The notes beneath the pieces were generated by a model. It was given only the letters and a program-made list of their open reading frames with translations. It did not search any database and was not told the DNA's origin. A DNA stretch of 64,000 bases. It comes from Candidatus Uhrbacteria bacterium. Lineage in GTDB: Bacteria; Patescibacteriota; Patescibacteriia; UBA9934; GWF2-40-263. The stretch covers positions 4,672 to 68,671 of the forward strand of contig JACRJU010000015.1 of NCBI GenBank assembly GCA_016219925.1, in the 5' to 3' direction. Shown piece by piece: positions 42,096 through 50,896 of this stretch. A program made the position numbers and the translations under genes. Each line of letters begins with the position of its first letter. Position 1 is the first letter of the stretch.

Positions 42096-42650
42096 TTACT
42101 TTACTATCAGAACTCCCTCCATGCCGTTGGCCCGATGAGAGCCGACGTCGCAGTAGAACGCGTAGGTTCCTGGCTTCGTTGGCGCATTGAATGTCACGGC
42201 TTCGCCTTGCTTAATGGCATACTTCAGACCAATTTCGTCAATGACGAACGTGTGAAAGCCGTTGTTCTTTGTGAAGGTGATTTGCATTTTCTCGCCCGGC
42301 TTGGCTGTGAGCGACTTTGGCACAAACGAAAAGTTGGCCGCCTCCATATTGACTTTTTGAGTGGCGCCACCGAGCGAAATGTCGGTTACAGGTACGCCGT
42401 CTTCTGAAGTCGGCTGAGTCGCTTCGTCGTTTTGTGGAGTGATCGTTGCCGAGATATTGCCGGACTGGACAACGGTTTCGCCCTGCTCGTTTTCTTGGAC
42501 TTTTTCTTGTGCGCTTTCGGAGGCTTCTTCGCCGGCCTGATCGAGCGTATTTGGTTGAGAATCGGCAAGAGGAGCTTTTACGGAAGCCGCGGGGGCACAG
42601 CCAGCACCAATGAGCGCAAGGGCTGGCAACAAAAGGAGGTACTTGAGCAT
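42096..42650 (-). CDS. Cupredoxin-domain lipoprotein
   Basis: LIGAGC lipobox-like; H..F....FYCDVGSHRANGMEG type-1 Cu motif. Confidence 0.85.
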   Translation of the reverse strand: MLKYLLLLPALALIGAGCAPAASVKAPLADSQPNTLDQAGEEASESAQEKVQENEQGETVVQSGNISATITPQNDEATQPTSEDGVPVTDISLGGATQKVNMEAANFSFVPKSLTAKPGEKMQITFTKNNGFHTFVIDEIGLKYAIKQGEAVTFNAPTKPGTYAFYCDVGSHRANGMEGVLIVK

Positions 42651-42678
42651 AAGAGAGATAATGAGTTAATGGTGCCGT

Positions 42679-42860
42679 TATAGTCATCACATTATGAAAC
42701 GGGACTCGATAAACGGTAAAAATTTCACAGGACTTGTTTTTCACTGATAAAAATACTCTCGGTATCTACGGATACCGTTCGCATTTTTATCAGCTCCAAA
42801 ACGGCGTTCTGTAAAATTTTTCCTCGTTTCTAAGTCCCGTTTCATAATGTGATGACTATA
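42679..42860. mobile_element. Putative MITE, 182 bp with 28-bp perfect terminal inverted repeats
   Basis: TATAGTCATCACATTATGAAACGGGACT...AGTCCCGTTTCATAATGTGATGACTATA; internal rod-like pairing. Confidence 0.7.
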
Positions 42861-42908
42861 GGTTAACATCGTTGTGCGGGGCCCGCAACAAGAAAACGTC
42901 AATGAATT

Positions 42909-44237
42909 ATGATCCCAGGATATATCGCAATAAGGAACAAAACGTTGCCGGATGAACCCGGAGTCTATTTTTATTATGACGTCGCGGGCAAGCTCCTCTA
43001 TGTAGGGAAAGCCACTTCTTTGCGCTCACGCGTCGGTTCCTATTTCACCAAAGCGCATGAAAATCGTATTGCCGATATGGTGGCACAGATCCAGCGGATC
43101 GATTATATTGTCACGCCGACCGTGATTGAAGCTTTGGTACTCGAGGCCAATCAAATCAAAGCCAAGAAACCCAAATACAATATTCTCCAACGCGACGACA
43201 AGAGTTTTTTGTATTTGGTGATCACGAACGAGCCGTATCCAAAACCCGTTTTGATGCGTGGGCATGAGCTCGAGCGATTGGGAATTGATCCCTTTAGAAC
43301 CGCCCTGACGGCGCAAGCCAAGAGAAAATTTTTGCGCGTATTTGGCCCGTATCCCTCTGGGGCTTCGCTTAAAAAAGCCCTCGATCTCATCCGTCGAGCC
43401 ATCCCGTGGAGCGATTGCAATCCACCATCAGTGACCGGCCGCCACCGCCCATGCTTCAACGTTCATCTCGAAAAATGTCCGGGCGTCTGTACGGGAGCCA
43501 TCACCCAAAAAGCGTATCGTGCCATCATTCGCCAGCTCGTTCTTTTTTTTGATGGAAAGAAAAAGGTTTTGATGCGCGCGATGGAGCGTAATATGAAGCG
43601 TGCAGCTGATGCGTTGAAATTCGAAGAGGCGGCCGCGATACGCCGACACGTATATGCTCTTCAACATATTCAAGACGTGGCGCTGATTTCGCGTGAGGAT
43701 ATTGAGTTGCCGTATGCGACATCAGTGTCGGACGAGGCTGTTGATCTTGATGGACGAATTGAAGCTTACGACATCAGCCATATCTCCGGGACATCCGCCG
43801 TTGGCTCAATGATTGTTTTTGAAGAGGGGAAGCCAACCAAGTCGCTCTATCGTAAGTTCAAAATTAAAACAGTGATCGGTCCAGACGATGTGGGGATGCT
43901 TGAAGAAATGATGCGTCGTCGATTGGCGCGAACAAAAATCGCGCCGAAGGCCTGGCCCTTGCCGCAGATCATGGTGATTGATGGCGGGGAGGGGCAGGTG
44001 CGGCGCGTGCAGGATGTCATGAATGAATTGGGAATCCAGGTTCCTCTCATGGGGATCGCAAAAGGATTTGATCGTAAACAGGATCGTTTGGTGTTTGATC
44101 ATTCAAATCTCGAGCTTCTGCGAGTGGCGAAGCGTGGCAAAGAGTTGTTTCAGTGGGCGCGCGACGAGGCGCATCGGTTTGCGGTTTCGTATCACCGATC
44201 TTTGCGTTTAAAGCGTTTTTTTGGCGCGAAGCGTTGA
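42909..44237 (+). CDS. uvrC: Excinuclease ABC subunit C, short form
   Basis: PGVY..YVGKA..LR.RV.SYF GIY-YIG domain, EAYDISH, DGG.GQ, RDEAHRFA; no C-terminal HhH seen. Confidence 0.92.
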   Translation: MIPGYIAIRNKTLPDEPGVYFYYDVAGKLLYVGKATSLRSRVGSYFTKAHENRIADMVAQIQRIDYIVTPTVIEALVLEANQIKAKKPKYNILQRDDKSFLYLVITNEPYPKPVLMRGHELERLGIDPFRTALTAQAKRKFLRVFGPYPSGASLKKALDLIRRAIPWSDCNPPSVTGRHRPCFNVHLEKCPGVCTGAITQKAYRAIIRQLVLFFDGKKKVLMRAMERNMKRAADALKFEEAAAIRRHVYALQHIQDVALISREDIELPYATSVSDEAVDLDGRIEAYDISHISGTSAVGSMIVFEEGKPTKSLYRKFKIKTVIGPDDVGMLEEMMRRRLARTKIAPKAWPLPQIMVIDGGEGQVRRVQDVMNELGIQVPLMGIAKGFDRKQDRLVFDHSNLELLRVAKRGKELFQWARDEAHRFAVSYHRSLRLKRFFGAKR

Positions 44238-44732
44238 AAGCTGGCTGACTTGGAAACCAATCATGTCGGAAGGGAGATCGTTGAGAGGGTGAAACATCCC
44301 CTCGACGGGTTCAAACAGGAGACTGACTTCCATCACATGGAACAGATGCAGAGTGCGGCCACAGGGATGATCGTCATCGAACTGCATAGCGAGATATCGC
44401 GGTTGTGCCGGAAGCGGGCTTACACCGAGTTCCTGTTCCCATCGCGTGGTGATGCGTTCTATAGTGTCGGTAATGCGCGCGATCGTTCCGGGGAAATGCC
44501 ATAAGTGTGGCCATGCCGGATCATTCGGCTCGCGGCGTGTGAGCAAAATTTCTTTGCCGGAAGGCGTTTGGCGAATAATGAGCAGTTCAAAAGCGGCGTA
44601 CGGCACCACATGGGTCAGTTCGCGAAAGGCGTAAAGGGGAAGCTGACCTTCTCGTTTTGCGAAGGTTGCGAGATAATGCAGTTGTCGCTTGCACAACGGC
44701 TCAAGGAGTTTTAGAAAAATCCATTCCATCAT
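44208..44732 (-). CDS. NUDIX-like hydrolase
   Basis: ILLTRR..D..W..LWHFPG......T.E....R...ELG. Confidence 0.65.
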   Translation of the reverse strand: MMEWIFLKLLEPLCKRQLHYLATFAKREGQLPLYAFRELTHVVPYAAFELLIIRQTPSGKEILLTRREPNDPAWPHLWHFPGTIARITDTIERITTRWEQELGVSPLPAQPRYLAMQFDDDHPCGRTLHLFHVMEVSLLFEPVEGMFHPLNDLPSDMIGFQVSQLSTLRAKKTL

Positions 44733-44984
44733 ATGAAAAGACAAGGGTACCATCGTCTCGCTGAAATTTTGGGTTGGTATGGCGTGGCGGCCGTGTTAGT
44801 GGCCTATGCCGCGATCAGCCTCGGTTGGCTTTCCCGTGAGCATACATTCTATCATATCCTCAATGCCACAGGTGGAGCGGGAATTTTAATCGATGCGTGG
44901 TTCGATCGCAATTATCAACCCGTGGTGTTGAATGCGATTTGGGTGATTGTGGCGTTGATCGCGCTTGCTCAAATTGTTTTGTAA
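44733..44984 (+). CDS. Small three-TM membrane protein
   Basis: GW.G...L.AY...Y..LN..G...Y.P..LN..W pattern. Confidence 0.7.
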   Translation: MKRQGYHRLAEILGWYGVAAVLVAYAAISLGWLSREHTFYHILNATGGAGILIDAWFDRNYQPVVLNAIWVIVALIALAQIVL

Positions 44985-45064
44985 CATGATGAAGTTTTTA
45001 TCCACAGGCCGCAAGGCCTGTTTTTATTTTAAGCTAAAATAAGCGAAATAAAAGTGATAGAAAA

Positions 45065-45128
45065 ATGGAAAAAAGTGTTGACGGGTGTTTAAGGGTGGAA
45101 TAAAATGGATGCAGGTGGAACAAAGTGG
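45065..45128 (+). promoter_or_regulatory. mraZ promoter with 10-bp-periodic (G/A)TG(G/T) MraZ operator boxes
   Basis: TTGACG(45078)-17 nt-TAAAAT(45101); GTGG/ATGG at 45095, 45105, 45115, 45125. Confidence 0.8.
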
Positions 45129-45200
45129 GGATTGGAACAGTCGTTCCGATGCTCACTTTATTTTCTAAAAAGTGACCTTCCACCTCCCACTCCGCGCCGT

Positions 45201-45632
45201 ATGTTTATTGGCGAGTACAAGCACACGCTGGACGACAAGGGCCGCATCGCGGTTCCGAAGAAGTTCCGCAAACAGCTTTCGCGCGGGGCGGTGGTGACCA
45301 GAGGTCTCGACACGTCCCTCTTCCTGTTCCCCAAGGAGGAGTGGGACAAGCTTGCGGAGCGTTTAGCAAGTTTGCCCCTGGGGCAGTCCAACAGCCGTGC
45401 CTTCGCCCGACTCATGCTTGCGGGTGCTATGGACATTGCATTGGACAAACAGGGGAGGGTCGTGTTGCCGGAATACCTCCGAGAGTACGCCGGGATGAGC
45501 AAGAACATCATTCTGGCTGGTCTGTACAATCGTCTCGAGTTGTGGGATGAGGCGAAATGGGAAACATACAAGAAACGTGTGGAGAGCGATGCTGATAGCG
45601 TCGCGGAGAAATTGGGGGAGTTGGGATTTTAG
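45201..45632 (+). CDS. mraZ: Division/cell wall cluster transcriptional repressor
   Basis: MFIGEY.H.LDDKGR..P; LDKQGR..LP. Confidence 0.96.
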   Translation: MFIGEYKHTLDDKGRIAVPKKFRKQLSRGAVVTRGLDTSLFLFPKEEWDKLAERLASLPLGQSNSRAFARLMLAGAMDIALDKQGRVVLPEYLREYAGMSKNIILAGLYNRLELWDEAKWETYKKRVESDADSVAEKLGELGF

Positions 45633-45730
45633 CTAAAGGGGTAGCGGGCTTTGGGGCGACTTCTATCGCCATAAGGCCGGCTACCCAACCTTCGGCAGTC
45701 GCCGAAGCATAAGGGGGAGTGGGACCCAAT

Positions 45731-46618
45731 ATGTCAACAACACATATTCCAGTCCTCCTTCAAGAGGTGCTTACGTACCTCCAACCGGAGCCGAACCAAT
45801 CTTTCATTGACGGTACCGTGGGGCAGGGGGGACACGCTGAGGCTTTGCTTGAGCGCGTTCTCCCTGAGGTCCGTCAGACCGTTAGATATCTTGCGATCGA
45901 TCGCGATGCAAGCAATCTTGCGGTCGCGAAAGATCGGCTTTCTCGTTTCGGCGCGTCAGTCGTGTCTGTGCATGACCGTTACGCCAACGTTAAAGCGTGC
46001 GCGTATGCTCATCACTTTACGGCCGTCGATGGAATCCTTCTGGATCTTGGGTTCAGCTCTATTCATGTAGATGATCCAAGTCGCGGTTTCTCCTTTCGGT
46101 CTGATGGACCGTTAGATATGCGTTATGACGTGTCTGGTGGCCTGACGGCTGCGGACATCGTCAATACGTGGAGTGAAGATGAGCTGGCACGCGCGTTTCG
46201 ACAATACGGGGAAGAGACCAAGGCGCGAGACGTCGCAAAAGCGATTATCGCGCGACGCAAAAAGCGTCCATTTGAACGGACGCTTGAGCTTTCCGAGTGT
46301 GTGCAGAAAGTGGTCCCGAAGCGAGGACAGATTCATCCGGCGACGCGCGTGTTTCAAGCCTTGCGCATTGCCGTCAACGATGAGTTGGGCGAGCTCACAC
46401 GAGCCTTGCCGGATCTCGTCGATCTGCTTCGCCCCGGCGGCCGGCTGGCGATCATCACCTTCCATTCGTTGGAAGACCGCATCGTCAAGACGTTTATGAA
46501 AGAGCGTCTTGATCTGCGGGTGCTGACGCGCCATGCGATCAAGCCATCGATCATGGAAGTGCGGGAAAATCCCCGCGCCCGCAGCGCCAAATTGCGCGTT
46601 GCGGAAAAAATTTCTTAA
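45731..46618 (+). CDS. rsmH: 16S rRNA C1402 N4-methyltransferase
   Basis: HIPVLL, DGT.G.GGH, DLGFSS, PLDMR, FQALRIAVN, FHSLEDR, NPRARSAKLR. Confidence 0.96.
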   Translation: MSTTHIPVLLQEVLTYLQPEPNQSFIDGTVGQGGHAEALLERVLPEVRQTVRYLAIDRDASNLAVAKDRLSRFGASVVSVHDRYANVKACAYAHHFTAVDGILLDLGFSSIHVDDPSRGFSFRSDGPLDMRYDVSGGLTAADIVNTWSEDELARAFRQYGEETKARDVAKAIIARRKKRPFERTLELSECVQKVVPKRGQIHPATRVFQALRIAVNDELGELTRALPDLVDLLRPGGRLAIITFHSLEDRIVKTFMKERLDLRVLTRHAIKPSIMEVRENPRARSAKLRVAEKIS

Positions 46619-46644
46619 TTCTCGATCACATACGTCCCCACCGT

Positions 46645-46995
46645 ATGGCTCTGTCTCAAACTTTTTCTCCTTCGTTTGTTTTGCATCGTCAACACTCGGG
46701 TTGGCGAATGCCCTCGCGCGCCTGGTTCAATGTCGCTTCGTTGATCGTTTTGATTTCGTTGTGTATCGGTTATGTGGTGCAAGTGAATCGCACCGTATCG
46801 CAGGGTTATCAAATGCGTGAGCTGGAAACGCGCATTAACGATTTAACGATTACAAATCAAAAAATGGAAGTGGCCACCCAGCAGGCCCAGTCGCTCGATA
46901 ATATCGCGCGCGCGACAAAGATGATCGGACTGGTCAAGGCCGAGCGACCGGTGTATGTGCAAGCCGGTGCGCCTTCGTACGCCATGGCAAAATAG
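46645..46995 (+). CDS. FtsL-like protein
   Basis: Position after rsmH; TM segment plus coiled coil. Confidence 0.65.
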   Translation: MALSQTFSPSFVLHRQHSGWRMPSRAWFNVASLIVLISLCIGYVVQVNRTVSQGYQMRELETRINDLTITNQKMEVATQQAQSLDNIARATKMIGLVKAERPVYVQAGAPSYAMAK

Positions 46996-47110
46996 ATAAA
47001 ACGAAAAAGGAGAGCGCCGAGCGCTCTTTTTTGGTTTATGAAGAGTGTCATCCTGAAGGAGTTTCAAGCGACTGAAGGATCTCGAGGTAAATGACCGTAA
47101 GTTACGATTG

Positions 47111-47185
47111 CGATCACGATTTATCCTGCCTTCGGGCCAACGGACTCATCGCCGTTGTTCCCTCCGGCAGGATAGATCGTGATCG
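47111..47185 (+). repeat. Palindromic element copy C: 20-bp stem + 35-nt core
   Basis: CGATCACGATTTATCCTGCC-[TTCGGGCCAACGGACTCATCGCCGTTGTTCCCTCC]-GGCAGGATAGATCGTGATCG. Confidence 0.9.
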
Positions 47186-47267
47186 GTTCGTGCCTGCAGA
47201 CACGGGCCTGGTTGTAGTGTTCTCAAAACGGACGTGTTATACTTTTATCATCGAGATTCAAGGAGGT

Positions 47268-47819
47268 ATGCTTTCAACGGTTTTTATTGACGCTGGTCAA
47301 GCGACGCGCGTATTCGCACAGATCAACTGGCTTCAGCCCAGTTGGGATTTGTTTATCGTGCTCTTTTTTATTATCGCGTCGTTGCTCTACGGTATTTCAC
47401 TCGGTCGCGATCGCATCATTGTCATTCTGGTTTCGATCTACATGGCGTTGGCGATCGTCAATTATATTCCGTTCATCAGCGCTTTCACGGCTGACATTTC
47501 CGTCAACGACGCCTTTGCGTTGCGTATTTCCGTCTTCCTTGGCATCTTCATTCTCCTTTTCTTTTTTCTTTCGCACTCCGCGCTTCTGCGCACTCTTGGT
47601 CATGCCGCGGCTCAAGGCCCACTCTGGCAGGTGATGATTTTTTCGTTTCTTCATGTGGGACTTCTCATCAGTGTAACCTTGTCTTTTTTTCCGGCCAGTC
47701 TTTCAAGTGTGCTTTCACCACTTACACAAGCGTTTTTTACGAGCGATATTGCGCGCGCGGCATGGGTCTCATTGCCGGTGTTAGCGATGGTGGTGATCGG
47801 TCGCGGGTACGACGATTAA
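47268..47819 (+). CDS. Hypothetical polytopic membrane protein
   Basis: AGGAGG SD; about five TM segments. Confidence 0.75.
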   Translation: MLSTVFIDAGQATRVFAQINWLQPSWDLFIVLFFIIASLLYGISLGRDRIIVILVSIYMALAIVNYIPFISAFTADISVNDAFALRISVFLGIFILLFFFLSHSALLRTLGHAAAQGPLWQVMIFSFLHVGLLISVTLSFFPASLSSVLSPLTQAFFTSDIARAAWVSLPVLAMVVIGRGYDD

Positions 47820-47962
47820 AGCCCTCGACAAGCTCGGGCAATAAAGTCGCATTGCGAATGGATAAGTAGTCACGGCCAGTGGGGAGGCGGCCATGGGGCC
47901 CCCATCCGCGCGCAGCTTGCGAGCACGGATGGGGAAATGGCCAGCCGGGCCCCCACTGGCCG
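47820..47962 (-). repeat. 143-bp structured repeat, copy 2 (inverted)
   Basis: Reverse complement of 41784-41926 with 7 mismatches. Confidence 0.92.
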
Positions 47963-48066
47963 TATATCCATCATCTGTCTATCTGTACTGATCTGAAATC
48001 TGTATCTTCTGTAATCTGTACTTCCGAGCTTGTCTCGGTCTCTTTTTTTGTTATACTTACCTGCGT

Positions 48067-49710
48067 ATGCTTCAGCTTTACAATACGCTCACGCACAAAA
48101 AAGAACCGTTTGAACCTCTCAAAAAAGGGCGGGTCGGGATTTATGCCTGCGGTCCAACGGTTTACTGGTTTGCCCACCTTGGAAACATGCGGGCGTTTTT
48201 GTTTGCAGACCTTTTGCGCCGCGTGCTGAGTGCGAACGATCTGGCGGTAAAGTTCGTCATGAATATTACGGATGTCGGCCACCTTACGGACGATGCCGAC
48301 GAAGGGGAAGATAAGATGCTTGTTTCGCAACGTGCAGCGTTTATTTGTCCTAAGTGCAAGAAGTTCCACATTAGTGGATTGATATTGAAAAAAAATCAAA
48401 CAGAGGATAATCGAATTTTTAAAAATACGACTTTAGAAAGCCAATATGTGATATGTCAGAACAAGAAATGTAATGAAAAGATTTTTTTCAATTCCGAAAA
48501 CCTAGCTTTACATCCGATGCTTAGTGAATTGGCTCGTTTTTATGAAAAACAGTTTAAGATGGATATTAAACAGTTCAACATTATACCCGCCACAGAATAT
48601 CCGCGTGCCACAGATAATATTAAGGTACAGATTCAAATGATTAAAGATATAGAAAAGAATGGTTTTACATATAAGACGACAGATGGGATCTATTTTAATA
48701 CTTCAAAGCTTCATGATTATGGAATTCTTTCAGGTCAAAAAAGTAATGAAAAAGAAGGTGGCATCCGCGTGGCAATGAAAGAAAAAAAAAATGCAACAGA
48801 TTTTGCATTATGGAAGTTTAGTTATCCAAATGGTATTAGCAGAGAAGATTACATTTCAAACATGAAGAGTGGGTTAACCTTAGTAAATACCAACTGGAAA
48901 GGAAAGAAATTAATTTTGCGAGATCCTGAAATGGAATGGGATGCGCCGTGGGGGACGGGGTTTCCCGGTTGGCATATCGAATGTTCGGCCATGTCGAAAA
49001 AATATCTCGGGTTCCCGTTTGATATTCACACCGGCGGCGTGGATCACATCGCCGTTCACCATGAAAACGAACTTGCGCAATCCATCGGATGTTGCGGCAT
49101 TTATGAGGCGCGGTTTTGGATGCACAGTGAATTTTTGACGGTTGATGGGGGCAAGATGAGCAAGTCGCTTGGCAATTTGTTCACGCTTCAGGATCTTATC
49201 AACAGAGGCTATGATCCACTCGCGTTTCGTTATCTCACCCTTAGTGCACACTATCGCACCAAGCTCAACTTCACCTGGAAGGCACTTACCGCATCGCAAA
49301 ATGCGCTTCATCGCCTGTACGATACCGTGCGCGATTGGGACACACCGAAGATTGGGTGCTCGGAGTATGAACAGCGATTTGACGCGGCGTTTGAAGATGA
49401 TTTGAATGCTCCGCAAGCGCTCGCGGTGATGTGGGAGATGATTGAAGACGGGGCATTGCCGACTTCGGGTAAAGCTCAGTCTATGTTGAAGTTTGATCGC
49501 GTGCTCGGTCTTGGACTTGAAGCGTATATCGCAACCCCCCTTTTTATCCCAGAAGAGGTACGTGCGCTGATCGCCGAGCGCGAAATCGCGCGTGACGCAA
49601 AAGATTGGTCAGCGTCTGATCGACTGCGCGAACAGATCGAACAGCTCGGGTTCACTATTGAAGATACCCCTAAGGAAACAAAAGTTCGTCAAAAAAGATT
49701 ATCGCTATGA
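48067..49710 (+). CDS. cysS: Cysteine--tRNA ligase with internal insertions
   Basis: CGPTVY..HLGN, DFALWK, PGWHIECSAM, GG.D....HHENE, KMSKS. Confidence 0.96.
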   Translation: MLQLYNTLTHKKEPFEPLKKGRVGIYACGPTVYWFAHLGNMRAFLFADLLRRVLSANDLAVKFVMNITDVGHLTDDADEGEDKMLVSQRAAFICPKCKKFHISGLILKKNQTEDNRIFKNTTLESQYVICQNKKCNEKIFFNSENLALHPMLSELARFYEKQFKMDIKQFNIIPATEYPRATDNIKVQIQMIKDIEKNGFTYKTTDGIYFNTSKLHDYGILSGQKSNEKEGGIRVAMKEKKNATDFALWKFSYPNGISREDYISNMKSGLTLVNTNWKGKKLILRDPEMEWDAPWGTGFPGWHIECSAMSKKYLGFPFDIHTGGVDHIAVHHENELAQSIGCCGIYEARFWMHSEFLTVDGGKMSKSLGNLFTLQDLINRGYDPLAFRYLTLSAHYRTKLNFTWKALTASQNALHRLYDTVRDWDTPKIGCSEYEQRFDAAFEDDLNAPQALAVMWEMIEDGALPTSGKAQSMLKFDRVLGLGLEAYIATPLFIPEEVRALIAEREIARDAKDWSASDRLREQIEQLGFTIEDTPKETKVRQKRLSL

Positions 49711-50891
49711 AGAAGGTCACCGCTTTTCTTGTTTTGATCATGCTAGTTGGCGCGGGATGTTCTCGTCAAACCGCTATTTCAAATCAAATCGGCACATCAC
49801 ATTTTGGCCGATTGGTTGGCGGACCAGTGACCGAAAGTTTCATCGCAGGTGGGTGGGTGCGGCCGCATCCCGGCCCGTTTTGGTGGGATCAGATTGAAAC
49901 CAGCCAGGACGTTTACGAGTGGTCGCAGGCCGACCAAACTGTTCAGTATTGGCAAGCGCGCCATCAAGCGATTCTCGCGACTCTCTGGCCGTTTGCCCAG
50001 TGGGATCAAGAGCGTTGTCGCGCCAAAGAGCCGAAGGTAAAAAATCCATTCGGTTCCGGCTTGGCGCATCTGGGCGACGTCTGTCACAACGATTCGTTTC
50101 AAGAGTGGGTCCAGAAGGTTGTTGAGCGCTATGACGGCGATGGGTTTGATGACATGCCCGGCTTGAAATATCCAATAACGCACTGGGAAGTCGGCAACGA
50201 GCCGGATCTTCAAACGAAGGACATCACCTTTTTCCAATCCGGCCCCAATGGCTATGTGGATGTGTTGCGCTTGGCGCGCGAGGTCATTTTGAAAGCGGAC
50301 TCAAACGCCGTGATTGTCCCTGCGGGGATGTCTGGGATGCAGAACCAGGCGCAAACGTATTGGCGTACGGTGTTACAAAGCGGTCATGATTTGATGACCA
50401 TGGGGAATGTTCATTCGATTGGAGCGTCCGAAGATTTTTTCGCCAGAGACTATCGTTTGTTTTTGAACAGCGCGAATTTGAAAGATATTCCGTTTTGGAT
50501 GACAGAAGCTTTGGTTGGTTCGCAAGAGCAGGAGTGGTCTGATGAACAGAAGGCCCCGCAGACGTTGATCGGGTATGCGAGCGCGTTTGCGAGTGGTGCG
50601 CAGGTGATTTTTGATGTGGGAAAAAATGATCCTACCGGCGGCCCAGGCGAACCCGCCGAGCAAACGTTCCAGCGCGTGGTTCAACAGCTCGATCATTTTG
50701 AGAAAGCCGACTGGCTCGATAAAAGCGTGGTGCGGTTTACCATCGGTCGTCGAACGGTTTATGTGCTCTGGGCGGGAGCGGAACTTCCTGAAGATGTTAA
50801 AGGTCGAGTGACCGTATGGACGTATGACGGAAAGGAAAGTTTGGTTGATGCGCGATCTGTGAAAGCGGAGGTGCCGATGTTTGCGTATTAA
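49707..50891 (+). CDS. Lipoprotein with clan GH-A-like glycoside hydrolase domain
   Basis: LVGAGC; WEVGNEPD acid/base; WMTE nucleophile. Confidence 0.7.
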   Translation: MKKVTAFLVLIMLVGAGCSRQTAISNQIGTSHFGRLVGGPVTESFIAGGWVRPHPGPFWWDQIETSQDVYEWSQADQTVQYWQARHQAILATLWPFAQWDQERCRAKEPKVKNPFGSGLAHLGDVCHNDSFQEWVQKVVERYDGDGFDDMPGLKYPITHWEVGNEPDLQTKDITFFQSGPNGYVDVLRLAREVILKADSNAVIVPAGMSGMQNQAQTYWRTVLQSGHDLMTMGNVHSIGASEDFFARDYRLFLNSANLKDIPFWMTEALVGSQEQEWSDEQKAPQTLIGYASAFASGAQVIFDVGKNDPTGGPGEPAEQTFQRVVQQLDHFEKADWLDKSVVRFTIGRRTVYVLWAGAELPEDVKGRVTVWTYDGKESLVDARSVKAEVPMFAY

Positions 50892-50896
50892 GCGCT

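Noticed and set aside
41568-42190. Short ORFs in the uvrA-cupredoxin intergenic region and at 47879-48229
   Set aside because: They are translations of palindromic repeat DNA.
47820-48066. T-box leader for cysS
   Set aside because: No T-box consensus, the structure is a dispersed repeat, and a -10 box lies 9 nt before the ATG.
48325-48930. Intein or intron in cysS
   Set aside because: No intein terminal His-Asn or homing endonuclease motifs; the segment contains normal CysRS motifs in frame.
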